Shown: positions 35,866-48,253, counted from the first letter of the whole stretch. The stretch: DNA of 63,614 bases, filler included, from Hyphochytrium catenoides (GCA_900088475.1; 6 parts of 6 records of this genome joined end to end with filler, not necessarily neighbours in it), one strand, 5' to 3'. The notes: generated by a model not told the origin, from the letters alone. Numbers and translations are program-made.

Positions 35866-37229
35866 TGATGAAAAGTTGAATGTTTGCTCTGTAGCCAGCA
35901 TTTTACAACTCTCGTCAGCCGTTGAATTTTTTCTGTGCATCCAACTTGTTTCTGTGCTTGTTACAGTTAGTTTCACACGATGTAGACGGAACGTCGGCAG
36001 ATTCTCTAAGAGACTCCTCTTTCCTGCCAACCGCTGTTATGGAGTTTGTGCGCGTCAGCACACCGGAAAGTTTGTAATCCGCTAATCTGGCTCCCAGTTC
36101 AGCATAGTCGGAGAGTTGTCATATCGAAGCAGTAATTGTTAGCATTTTCGCTTCGCGTAGCCTTTGAGGTTAGTCCCGGTCTCCGTTCTCAGAAATGGGC
36201 TTTTTCCAGACCACTTGCTTGATGTTGCTAAACTTAATGACTGGAGACCTCATTAGAAGGGTTAATCATGAACTAAAAGATATTGGGTCAGAAAATTAGC
36301 AAGCAATGGGAGCTAAGGTGGAGGTCTAGCGGAGCGGCGCCAACTAAACTACAAAGCATTCTCATTGTGCGTGCCTCCATATATTGTTACATTTCGTTCG
36401 GGTTTTCGACAAAGCCCTCCTATCACTCGGAAAGGGAGTTGGGAGAATCCTAACGGGAACGACCAGTTAATAAGGCTTTGTCTGAAATTTCGTGGTGGTA
36501 CTGCGCCTCCGAATAGCACTATGCCACATAGCTCCACTGGAACTCAGCGAGAAATCGGCTCATACATTTGAGTGCAAGCAATATATGTTGGCTAATAAAA
36601 TAATAGATTTGTTTTGTCAAAGAACATGGACAGCCACCACCGTAGAACACCCTCGTCTAGCCCCCTTGACTTGCGCCCGAGAAAAAAAGTCAAACAAGTA
36701 GGGGTCAAGAAAAAATCGATGACAACAGTGGTGCCGTCAAGTCTGAGAAAATGGCAGGCGGACATTACACTCGTTGCAAGAGAAGTGTACACTCAGCATC
36801 GACGCCTCTTGGAGCAAGTAGCCAAAGGGACGAGGCGCTTGGTTGGTGCTTATATACCCGGTCCCAAATACCAGAGTCGCAAGTTTGAGTTCGTTCTGCT
36901 TAACATCGTTGATGTCTTCTCTAAGTATGCATATTCCTTTCTGCTAGACAACAAGGAAGCAGTCATGATGGCACTCTGCTTTGACTACTTGTTCAGTAAG
37001 TCCATTGAGGTGCCGCAAGAGCAAGTTGATTTTTGGGTTCAGGAATACGGCTACCAATTTGAGGCTAGCCAGCGCTTTTGGGAAGACTATCCTGGAGTCT
37101 ACAGGGCCCGAGAAGGTGCTTATAGACTCAAAATGCGCCCACTGACCTTGCTAACAGACGGTGGCAGTGAGTTTGTTAATAAGTATGCCGATCGCATCTA
37201 CAAAAAATACAATGTACACCAGCAGACAA

Positions 37230-37667
37230 TGTTGAGAACCCTTGTTTTTTCTTCAGGGGTCTCTATAGCAAGGAATATTCTTCTTCTTGATTCCTTGTCC
37301 TACTTTCTTTCTTATGACTTATCTAGAAATTTGTTCTTGCTTCTTGAACAAATTTCTCTTTCCGACTTTACTTCTTCCCTCCCTTCTAGCCACCGATTTA
37401 TTGCCGATTCTCTTCACTGAGACGATGGATCCCTTGGTGACCATTCAATCATTTCCAAACACTCTCTACTCTCTCCTGTGCTAAGAGTGTTCCTCTCTGC
37501 TTTCCCTCTTGCATGTCATTCTTATAGCTTTGCATACTTAGGCTTTATAGGACTTAGGGATCATTAGTTCATTGAGCTCTGCTCGAACTCATAATCTTCA
37601 TTTAATCTCATTCTGCTATTTGCACCACAACAAAGAAGAGCTTCCAACCAACTCTGCCATCTCATCA
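37230..37667. mobile_element. Solo LTR (438 bp) with 5-bp TSD GACAA
   Basis: Starts TGTTGAG, ends CTCATCA (imperfect terminal IR), flanked by GACAA at 37225-37229 and 37668-37672. It sits between the D2 and E motifs of the integrase. Confidence 0.85.
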
Positions 37668-37992
37668 GACAATTTTGTTAACCGGCCACTGGGGATAAGT
37701 GAACGCTTTAACAAAACCATCAAGGCCAAACTCGCAGCAGTAGATTGGGACGTCTCTCTCTTGGACGACATTCTTGACGCGTACAATCATGATACCATTC
37801 ACAGCACCACCAGCTTTACTCCTGCCGAGGTGCACTTTGCACTTATTGGTGGCAGTATGGGCCAGCAAGTCATTGTTGAGAGCAGTCCGGTCACGACGTA
37901 CCAACCGGCGCGCTAACAGAGGAACTTACGAGGAACAGCGGTTAAGCCGATCACCTCACAGACAGGTCAAAGAGCTAATACAGCGGTGAAGC

Positions 37993-38446
37993 TGTTATGA
38001 AGGTCCGTTCAGCTAAAGACGCTTTAGCAGGTTGGCTAGCTGAGTTTTCTGGTGCTTGGCAAATTGCAGAATGAATTCACCACTGACAAGTCGGCAAAGA
38101 GCTCGGCTCATCTTAACTCTAGAAGCTATCGCTCTTCTGCTCTACCCTAACTTTAACTATGAGCTATACTACCTTCTACTCTAGTGTCTTCCTTACAGAG
38201 TCGTAACGTTACGACTCTAATCTTCTCACTACTAAGATAAACTATAGCTAAGCTACTCTTTACGACCAGATCAAAGGCGCGTGCCAGGTGACGCTTCTTC
38301 TGACCGGTCCAACTCTACTTTCTACTTCTACCGAAATATGCTACTAGCCTTACTCTTGCTACGTATCTAAGGGCCTAAGGTTTGACTCTCTGAAAGCGCA
38401 ACTCAATACTTTTCCCTCTAAGTCTAGAACTCTACCTTTCCTAACA
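37993..38446. mobile_element. Second LTR-like insertion (454 bp)
   Basis: Starts TGTTATG and ends CCTAACA; non-coding and CTA/TAG-rich; separates the integrase core from its C-terminal motifs. No clean 5-bp TSD. Confidence 0.5.
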
Positions 38447-39130
38447 GCCTAGATAAGACCAAAGTAAAAGAACAACCACAAAGAGTCAGATGAAGGAACG
38501 TGAGAGAAAAGTTTGATCCTCAACAGTCATATCTTCAGTTTACAATCGGTTAGTCAAGATTTACAAGAAGACGGTACCCTTGGAGCAGACACCTCTAGAA
38601 CGGGGGACGGTTGGGACCTTAAGGGGACAAAGTGACACTCTTTATTTTACCAGTCAGGTGCTCACAGAAGACCTCATTCGAGCAGGCCACCCAATAACAA
38701 GGTATGTGCTACGCAACTATGTCACCGGTCAAATTTTAGCACTTAGTAAGAACAACAAACTGTACCCTGCCAAGCTCTACCGACATGAGCTCACCATCGT
38801 TACCAACAGGGCTATCATCTAAGGTATAGCAAGCACAACAGATAAAAAAAATGACGATAGCCGCTGCGACACTCCAATATCAAGCTCAAGAAAGAGTTTC
38901 TTGTGGACGGCGAAAGTTACTTTGTCCTCGTTACTTTGTCTGGTGATGGCAGGAAGTTTCGTAATTTGGCGCCGGGGATTGGCCAGCTAGTCATCAGGAC
39001 GGATTCCGTCGGACGCACTGATTGGTTAAGAATTCGACAAAAGCAACGGCCATTGGCTGATTGTCAAGACATACTGACCAACTTCTAAGCGTTAGCGGGT
39101 ATCTGGTCCGTTACACAGGCATCATCAAAA

Positions 39131-39596
39131 TCAGTATTGGGCCCTCAACATCGCTATCACCTGGTGTTGCTTTTTTAACATCTCTTTGCATTGGTCAAGC
39201 TTTTTTTTTCTAGAACTGCAATAGTGCCCTCTAGTTCCTCGACTCGGGCACGAAATAATTTGTTGTTCAAAGTCAGAGATTCTTTTTTCTTTGGTACATA
39301 GCAAGCTGGTTAATAATTTGCTCTTCCATCTTGTCGCTAACTTCGTCGAGCTCAAACTTTCTACCCTTTATTTTTGAGTTTAGAATCCGGGATTTGAGAT
39401 GTCCTCTAACACTCGGAGGCATGAGCTCGAAGTAAGATTCGTAATGTGGGTTCCACCATCTTTCTTCTTGCTCCTCCTGAGAGCTACTCTTACTGACATA
39501 TGAGGTGGTTGCACGACCATTATCATTCATGTTTGGTAGTTCATGACCTGGTGTTGCGCCTTCATTGGCATCCGATTGGGTGTGAGCTTTCATCAT
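39131..39596 (-). pseudogene. Small coiled-coil-like ORF, frameshifted in an A-tract
   Basis: ORFs 39273-39596 and 39131-39355 overlap across a T-run at about 39283-39292; AT-rich upstream TTTTATAAAAATG. No recognisable family. Confidence 0.35.
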
Positions 39597-39641
39597 TTTT
39601 ATAAAATCTATACATTACCCAATCGGATGCCAATGAAGGCG
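39557..39641. repeat. Perfect 25-bp inverted repeat with 35-nt AT-rich loop
   Basis: CGCCTTCATTGGCATCCGATTGGGT (39557-39581) / ACCCAATCGGATGCCAATGAAGGCG (39617-39641). Confidence 0.92.
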
Positions 39642-39720
39642 AAAAAAAAGTTGTCATCCAAAAATTGCAAGTAGCTGTTCTGTCGGACTAAGCTATAGTG
39701 TGAAGTAACTTACCCCGACA

Positions 39721-39820
39721 NNNNNNNNNNNNNNNNNNNNNNNNNNNNNNNNNNNNNNNNNNNNTTAATTAATTAANNNNNNNNNNNNNNNNNNNNNNNN
39801 NNNNNNNNNNNNNNNNNNNN
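39721..39820. other. Artificial contig spacer
   Basis: TTAATTAATTAA at 39765-39776 within Ns. Confidence 0.97.
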
Positions 39821-39960
39821 CGAAAGAAGAGAAGAGACACTCTCTGGACTGCAGAGATGAGGGAGCAGTGTCGCGATGTCTGCATAGAGAGAGAGAGAAA
39901 GAGAGAGGAAGAGACAATTAAAGAATAGCCGTTAAGGGAGAGGACAGAAGAGACATCAGT

Positions 39961-40802
39961 TCAGAACAACTTAGGAGGCCAAGAAAGAGAGAGCGAGGTC
40001 GAAAACGCATGACTTTCAATGAGTCCCTCCTCCCTACTTTCTCTCTCTCTCTCTCTTCTCTCACCTTCTTCTCTTCTGCTAGTCTCTGCGCTGTCGAGCA
40101 GGATCTTCATTAGCTCCAATCCCATCAATTTCCTTGCAGTTGGGGCAGACGGATACAGCTGAGAGAGAGAGAAACGCTGCAGCCAAGAAGAGAAAGATGA
40201 GGACGCTTCAATTTCTCTTCTCTTTTTCTCCATCTCCAGAGCATCGCCTTACAAACAGCAAAGAGGAGAGATAATGAGGAGGGACGCGACCGCGAGAAGG
40301 GGGGCAGAAGAGAGAGAGGGGGAGAGGGGCGAGGCACAGAAAAGAAAGAAGAGAGAGAGAGAGAGATAAAAAGAGAGGGAGAGTGAGGGGGGAAAACGAC
40401 AACAGAGAGAAGGAAGACGGGCGTTGAGGATCAAAATGTAAGAGAAACCCGACCACTGCCAGCATGGAAGAGAAAGAGCTTAAAAGGAGAGAGAGAGACA
40501 GAGAGAGAGAGCAAAAGGGAGTAGACTGCCTCTGGTTCAGTGAGAAAAGAGAGAAGCGACATCGACTTTGAAAAAGAGGGCACAGAGGGATCACAGCCGC
40601 AGTAACCAAAGAGAAAAGTAGATAGACAAAGCGCGCCCCAGAGAGGCGAGAGAGAGAGAGAAAGAAAGGTAGAAAGACTAAAGAGAGAGAGAGAGAGAGA
40701 AACACCAAGGCTAGAGAATGTGGAAAGACTACACAAAGGATCGCCAAGACGATCTGACAGCCCTTTCACTCCCTATCTCACTTCTAATTCTCTCTCCCTC
40801 TT

Positions 40803-40839
<37 letters not shown>

Positions 40840-40993
40840 CTCTCTTACCATTCTTCCTCTGGAGATCCTTGAGCTCTCTCCCTGTGACTCTCCTGCTCTC
40901 TTCCAGTCTCCCCACCATCCGCCTCAGCGCTGTGACATATTTCTGACGGTGNNNNNNNNNNNNNNNNNNNNNNNNNNNNNNNNNNNNNNNNNN

Positions 40994-41024
<31 letters not shown>

Positions 41025-41865
41025 AAGGTAAGGCGTTGAAGGAAGGAGAGAAAGAGAAGATGTGAGAGGGAGAGAGAGACATGACAGTGAGGGGATACAG
41101 GTAAGAGAGAGATTATGCCCAGGTACTTGACTTTTCTCTTCTTCTCCTTCTTTTTTTCAATGCCCGTTTCTCTCTCTCTCTCTCTCTCTCTCTTTTTCTC
41201 TCTGTCGAGTTCCCTTACCTCCTCTTGCGAGATAGGCGCCGTCACCTTGGGCACGGCACTGAGAGCTTCTAATGCAACGAGACGCAGGTCTTCCTCTTCA
41301 TGAAGGAGAGAACGGGCAAAGAGGGAGAAGGAAATGCCCCTTTCTCTCTCTCCCCTTATCTTGTCTCTCTCTCTCTCCTCCTGCTCGGAAGAGAGAGGCA
41401 AGATGCAATAGGTTCCTGGGATACCCAGCTTTCTCCCTATTTTCACCAAAGTGAGAATGGCGAGAGAGACACTTTCTTCTCTCTCTCTCGTTGTGTCTCT
41501 CTCCTCACTGTCTTTCTCTTTCCGTTCTCTCTCTCTCATTTCGGAGAGGAGAGACCAGAAGCTCTGTGGATCTTCCTGAAGAATGAGGGGAAGAAGATGG
41601 GAGGCCACCCGAAAGCGTGTTCTCTCCGACAGAAGCGCGGAAGAGACAGGAGAGAGCCAAATCTCTCTCCCTTTCTCTTTTTGTCCTCCCTCCTCTTTCG
41701 AGTATTGACGGATAAGCTGCACGCAAGTGGCAGAGAAGAGAGAGAGAGAGAGAGAGACACAGGGAAGATGCGCGGGCGTGAGAAAGACAGGTCATGTGGG
41801 AAACAAGGAGAGAGAGAGAGAAATGGATCCGAAACTTGTCCAAGATCAGTTTTGATCGATTGTGT

Positions 41866-41918
<53 letters not shown>

Positions 41919-42542
41919 TCTCTCTCCCTTCTTGCCTCTTTCTCTCTCTTCTCTATTTCTCTCCCTCGTCTCACCTGCATGGCAAAAATCCCTGCTGTTG
42001 GGGCCACGGCCTCTCCTCTCTCCATCGCTTTGATGGCGCCGAGGAGAGGGAGAGAGGAAGAGAAAGAGAGGAGAGAGTGTGCTCCCACGCGAGAGAGAAG
42101 GACAGCAAGAGCCTGATAGCGGGCTCTTTTATGAAGGGGCTGAGAGAGAAGAGAACGAGAGAGAGAGAGCCATCGTCTCTCTTTCTCTCTCTCTTCCTCT
42201 CTCTCTTCTTCTCTCTCTTTCTCTCTCTCTTCCCCGACTCTCTCCACCATATCCACAAGGTTAGAGAAAAGCTGTGGCATGAGAGAAGAGACAGCTTTAG
42301 CGGGATGATCCCAAGAGAGAAGAATGAGCCGAAGACATTGCTCGGGGAGAGAGAGAGAGAAAGGGAAAGAGAGAGAAGGAGAGAGAGAGGAAGAGAGAAG
42401 AGAAGAAGCTTTGAGGAGCCACGCGTCCAGCACTTGAAAGGCATAGACAGAGGTTCCCAGCTCCGTCCCCTGAGAGCGACAGAAAGAGGAAATTTCCCCA
42501 TAGAGAAAGTCCAACGGTAGGACCTGCAAGACAGAGAGAGAA

Positions 42543-42589
<47 letters not shown>

Positions 42590-44703
42590 GCAAATGAGAG
42601 AGGGAGAGAGAAGGAGAAAGAGAGAAAAACTTTGGTCAGGGCGTTAGGTAAGACGATTGAGAGAAAGGACGACCGACCGAGAAGAGGGAAAGAGAGAGAC
42701 AGAGAGAGAGAAAGTAACGAACACGATTCGGAAAAACGAAAGGAATACAGTGAGAGAGAAAGGGGTAAGGGAGAGTGAGAAAGAAAGGGAATAATGGGGG
42801 AAAGCACACGGATAAGGAAGAGAAAGAAGGGGAGAGATAGATGGAGAGAGAGAGAGAGAGCGGGAGAGAGAGAGAAAGACAGAGAGAAAGAAGGACAGGT
42901 TACTGTGAGATGAAACAGAGCAAAATAGGACAGCACTAAAAACACAGAGAGAGAGAAGAGATAAAGAAAAGAGAGAGAGAAAAACGAGAGAGAGAGAAAA
43001 GGGAAAACGAGTAACCTTGTTTCTCTCTGGAAGCTCTTGATAGAAGAACTCTCTGCTCTGCGTGGAGAGAAGGCCTCTGCAGACCGCCAGACGGCAGACA
43101 GATCCCAAGTTCTCATAAGAATATCCTGGAGGAAACGAGAGAGAGAGAGAAATGGAGTCTCTCTCTTCCTCTTTCTTCAATTTCTCTCTCTCTCTCTTTT
43201 CTTCAGCTCTCTCTTGCTGTAGCCCAAAGATGCCCTTCCACCAAAGAGAGCTTAGGAGGTCTCTAGTCTCTTCCTCCGATGGGGGAGAGAGAGAGAAAAA
43301 AGAAGAGAGAGAGGAGAAAGTGTAGAGAAGAGAAGAGAGAGCGAGACCGTTCAGTGTCTGTACATCCTTGTGCAGCACCGACGTCTCAAAGAGAAGAAGA
43401 GAAGAAGAGAGAAGAAGCTGCAATCCTCTCCTCAGCCGACAAAGAGACTCACGCTGGTCTCTCTCGTCCTCTCTCTCTTCCTCTCTCTCTTTCTCTCTCT
43501 CTCTCTTCATGTGAAGATGCGTCAACCACTTAGAGAAAGGACGTCCGGAGAGGATGCTGCCCGTCAGGCGGAGGAGATCAGCACAGCGGTTGGCAGAGGT
43601 TATTAATTCCGTGGGCTGGAGAGAGAGAGAAAGAGAGAAAGAGAGAGAGGAGAGAGGGAGATAAGAGGGGAGAGAGTGAGAGAGACAAAGAGAGGGGGGA
43701 GGGAGAAAGAGACAGAGTCAAACAGCGTTTTACAGGAAACGTCCAGAAACGGAAGATAGAGAGGACAGTGAGGGAGAGAGGGGGAAAGAGAGAAGAGAGA
43801 GAGAAACCAAGAGAAGACACCGACAAGCCGCACAGTAAAGGCGGAGAGAAGAAGATAGATCGTAAAAGAGAGAGATAGAGACAGAGAGATAGAGACAGAG
43901 AGAGAGAGAAGCCTTTGCCAGCGAAGAGAAAGGCTAGTAGCAAATGCAGAGAAGGACAGAAAGAAGAGGAAAATAAGGGAAGGAGCGAGAGAGAGAGAGA
44001 GCAAAAGTGAGAAAAGTTTTCGGACCTTGATGGCGGCCTTTCCTGTCAACATCTCCTCTTCTTTTCCTTCCTGATAGACTCTCATAGGCTCCGCTAGCTC
44101 TCTTAGCGTCTCTCCCAAGAGAAGAAAGATATCAGCGACCACTTTCTCTCTCTCTCTCTCTTTCTCTCCTCTCTCCGCCACTCCTAACAAAGCCTCCGCG
44201 ATGACTTCTTGCTCAAAGACAGAGGAGAGAGAGTCCACTAGCTGCAGTCTCTCTCCCAGAGGAGAGAGAGAAGGCGAGAGGGCAGAAGAGAGAGAGAGAG
44301 AGAAAGGATGAATGACTCTCTCCAGAGCAAGAGAGAAAGAGAGAGAGTGACTCTTTCTCGCGACTTCTAGAGCAGCATGAAGAGACTTCTTCAGTGCCAT
44401 TCCATAGGGCGCAGTGACGATCTGAGGGAGGAGAAAGAGTCGAAGAATGTACTCANNNNNNNNNNNNNNNNNNNNNNNNNNNNNNNNTTGTGTCTCTCTT
44501 ATGCTCTGTATCACCGCATCATACTCTTCTCTCTCTCTTTCTCTCTCTCTTTGTCCTTCTCTCTCTTCATCTCTCTCCTTCGTGGGCTCCCACTCTTTCC
44601 ATTGAGAGAGAAGAGGAGAGAGAATGTCCCCTGTCCGCACAGGCAGCGCGTGCTGCTTCCCTACTGCCTCGAAGGTCTTTACGGCGGGCTTACGCTTTCC
44701 CAT
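39961..44703 (-). CDS. THADA: THADA/Trm732-like HEAT-repeat protein, 5' part (exons about 44703-44026, 43615-43016, 42523-41975, 41716-41219, further exons about 40950-40735 and 40240-39961); 3' end beyond the contig
   Basis: MGKRK start; RLAVCRGLL; FQVLDAWL; LSWDHP...V....QLF; LLHEEEDLRL.ALE.L; F..WL..F.L..LYP.AP..RK...LEL match THADA N-terminal motifs. GT..AG introns give consistent phase across the first four exons. Confidence 0.75.
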
Positions 44704-44963
44704 CGTAGGGAGAGAGAGAGAGAGAGAGAGAGAGAAGAGAAAGACAGACCAAGTATTCTTTAGCAGGGGGACAGTTTCAGAGGGAAAGAGAGAGAGAGAA
44801 TGCTGTTTCCTGGGCAGGAAAAGCTTGAGAGAGACAGAAGAGGGAGATAACGTCCCTTCCTTTCCTCTCCGCGGAAGGCTTTCTGACTTCGTGCTCGCAG
44901 TCCAGCAGCCTGAAGCCCTGGTGCATCCTTCCTTGCACCTCTCTGTCTGTTTTCCTTCTGTGT

Positions 44964-45012
<49 letters not shown>

Positions 45013-45188
45013 TTGCCCTTGGGAAGAGCTCATATCCATCGGAACTCTGAAGGAGAAGAACCACAGCTATTCGGGATGCACTTCACATCATTACTGATAT
45101 TCACTCTTCACTGCGCATTTGTTCGGAATAATGAACAGTGACAGGGCAAGCTGAAGAGTTACGAAGCTTTGCTGATCGATTCTGATCC

Positions 45189-45226
<38 letters not shown>

Positions 45227-45707
45227 AAGAGAGAGAGGGAGAGAGGAGAGAGAGAGAGAGGAGAGAGAGAGAGAGGAGAGAGAGAGAGGAGAGAGAGAGA
45301 GAGAAAGAGAGAGAGAAAACCTGCAGCCACTCGGATGAGGGCCCTGAATCCTCAGCTTCAAAGAGACAAGCACCCGCTAGGGGAACGGGATCTTTTAGTC
45401 CTCTCCTGCTCCTTTTGAGCGTGCATCTTTTCTCTCTCTCTTTCTCTCCTCTCCCACGCCCTCTCTTCTGTCTCGATTTAACGTCTCCTTCTCTGCTTCC
45501 TCCTCTCTCTCTTGTCCTCGTTTCTTCTTTCTTTCTCTCTCTCTCTTGTCCTCGTCTCTCCTTTCCCTTGCTAAGGTCATGATGCGTTTTCAGAGAGAGA
45601 GACTGGCGTCTTTCTTTCTCTCTCTTCCTTCCTCTCTCTCTCAAAAAGCAACCTCTCCTTCTCTAACATTAACACGGCACTTCGCGTCGAGGAGCGGCTC
45701 TTCCAGT

Positions 45708-45807
45708 NNNNNNNNNNNNNNNNNNNNNNNNNNNNNNNNNNNNNNNNNNNNTTAATTAATTAANNNNNNNNNNNNNNNNNNNNNNNNNNNNNNNNNNNNN
45801 NNNNNNN
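45708..45807. other. Artificial contig spacer
   Basis: TTAATTAATTAA at 45752-45763 within Ns. Confidence 0.97.
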
Positions 45808-45917
45808 ATAGTTGCAATAGTTAACTTCGTTTGATTGCTAGGGGGTCACAGGGCTTGCAGCCAATCTTAGCAAACGTATGGGTCACCAAGTTCATATAAT
45901 CCTAGCATAGATATAGG

Positions 45918-48237
45918 ACTGGAAAGAGGATTAAGGTTCTCAGGACAGATGGCGGTGGGGAATTCACCTCAAATGAGTTTCGGGCTTACCTCACCAAGAA
46001 TGGCATCAACCATCAGGTCACGGCTCCTTACACGCCTCAACAAAATGGCTTGGCGGAGAGGAAGAATAGGGTCATTGTGGAGACCGCCAGAGCCATGTTG
46101 TTGGAGGCAGGGCTCCCAAGGACGTTATGGACGGAGGCGATTAGGACTGCAGTCTATCTGCGGAACAGAAGTCCCACATCTGTTCTCAAGTTCAAACAGA
46201 CCCCGATGGAGGCCATGACTGGCAAGAGACCTGATCTTTCTCACCTACGCATGTTTGGGTGTGAGGCCTTTGTTCACATCCCATCCGAGAGGAGAAAGGG
46301 TAAGCTAAGCCCTAGGAGCACCCCAATGGTGCTTGTAGGCTATGATCTTTCCTCTAAAGCCTATCGCTTGGCTGACCCGGCCTCCAGTTATCGGAGGATT
46401 GTACTCTCAAGGGACGTTGTCTTCAACGAGGATTCCTTCCCAGGCCTTAACAGAAGGGTTCGTTTTGACTTGGTTGAAGATCCGCAGCAGCTCATGGATG
46501 AAGGTCAACAGGAGGAAGCAGATGTGGGAGAGCAACCTCAGTTGGAGTCTGCCGAGCCAGTGGGAGTGATGGAGAGTGATGAAGAGGACTCTTTNNNNNN
46601 NNNNNNNNNNNNNNNNNNNNNNNNNNNNTCGACAGCCACACTGATTCCGAAGAGCCTCTCAGTTACAAAGAGGCCATCTCTTGTCCAGCAGCTGACACGT
46701 GGAAGGAGGCTATGGAGGAAGAAATGAAGTCATTACAGGACAATGAGACTTGGGAGCTTGCTGAGTTGCCAAAGGGGAGGAAGGCCATCAGTTGTAAGTG
46801 GCTTTTCAAGATAAAGCGCGACAAGGATGGTCATGTCAACAGACACAAAGCAAGACTCGTTGCGCGGGGTTTTACCCAAGTGGAAGGGATAGACTATCAG
46901 GAAACCTTTTCTCCCGTGGTAAAATTTTCTACCATTCGAACGGTACTATCCCTTGCTGCGCAGAGGGGGCTTCGATTGACCCAAATGGACTTCAAGACCG
47001 CCTTCCTGAACGGGGTCCTCGAGGAAGAGCTCTACATGAAGCAGCCCGTCGGATACGTTCAGCCTGGACAAGAACATCTTGTATGCAAACTGCGTAAGTC
47101 TATCTATGGACTGAAGCAAGCGAGCAGGTCGTGGAATATGGTGCTGAACCAGTTTCTTCTTGGGGAAGGGTACCGTCGCAGTGAGGCTGACTTGTGCCTC
47201 TATGTCAGGAGGGGGCAAGGCACCAAGGTCACGTACATCTTGTGCTATGTGGATGACCTCCTCATAGCATCAAATGATCCTGAGGAGGAGACCCGACTAA
47301 AAGGAAGCTTCAACGATCCTTCAAGATGGCTGACTTGGGTTGTCTCTCCTACTTTCTGGGTCTTGAGGTGAAGCAGGAGGACGGAAAGGTCAAGGTCTCT
47401 CAGCATGGCTACATCGAAAGTCTACTCAGGAGGTTTGGGATGCAAGACTGCAAACCAGCGCATACTCCTCTCTGTCTCTCTGGCTTAGAGAATCTCTTTC
47501 TGGTCTCACCACTTACAGAAGAGGGTCTGCGTGAGAAATACATGGCGGCTTTGGGCTCGGTGATGTATGCGATGCTGGGCACAAGACCTGATATTGCTTA
47601 TGCCGTGGGCTTGCTCGGGAGATTTTCTTCGAAGCCTACGATGGCTCACTGGACAGCCATGAAGCGGCTCCTCCAGTATCTTAAGGCCACTGGGGACTAC
47701 TGCCTTACCTATAGTAGAGGACAATCATCTGAAGGATTATCTTCTTCTTCTCTCGTTGGGTTCACGGACGCTGACTGGGCAGGTGACAAATGGGACCGAA
47801 AAAGCACTTCCGGTTATGCCTTTTTCTATGGTGGCGCAGCTGTGACGTGGAGGTCAAAGAAACAGGCGACTGTGGCTCTTTCAAGCACCGAAGCAGAGTA
47901 CATTGGCCTATCTGAAGCCGCGAAGGAGGCGGTGTGGCTTCGTCAGCTTCTAAAGGACCTTGGAGCAGGAGACCCGGCTGCGACGGTACTCTATGAGGAT
48001 AATATGGGCTCAATCTTTCTGAGCAGCCATCCAGTTGGCCATCAGCGAACAAAACACATAGAGGTTCGATGTCACTTTGTTCGCCACAAGGTGGAAGAAG
48101 GGGAAGTAAAAATTACTCACTTGGGGACAGAAGCGATGATAGCGGATGTGCTAACAAAGGCTCTTCCTAGAGACAAGCACGCGCGGTTTGCCCAAGCTTT
48201 GTCGGGAGACTTCGCCTCCTACGCTAGCGCAACATAG
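45918..48237 (+). pseudogene. pol: copia pol (integrase core, RT, RNase H) with an N-gap and a frameshift at about 47310
   Basis: ORFs 46050-46727, 46712-47371 and 47326-48237 are collinear pol pieces. Confidence 0.9.
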
Positions 48238-48253
48238 TCTGAACGAGTGGAAG

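Larger units (their letters stand above)
36614..38822 (+). mobile_element. Polinton/Maverick-virophage (or Ginger)-type rve integrase, interrupted and decayed
   Basis: KWQADI (D1), NIVDVFSKYAY, P.TLLTDGGSEF.N (D2); after the insertion G.SERFNKTIK (E) and YN..IHSTT.FTP.EV; C-terminal FTIG./LVKI ... RYVLRN..TGQ.L ... LYRHEL. This motif order matches Polinton-type integrases. Confidence 0.8.
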
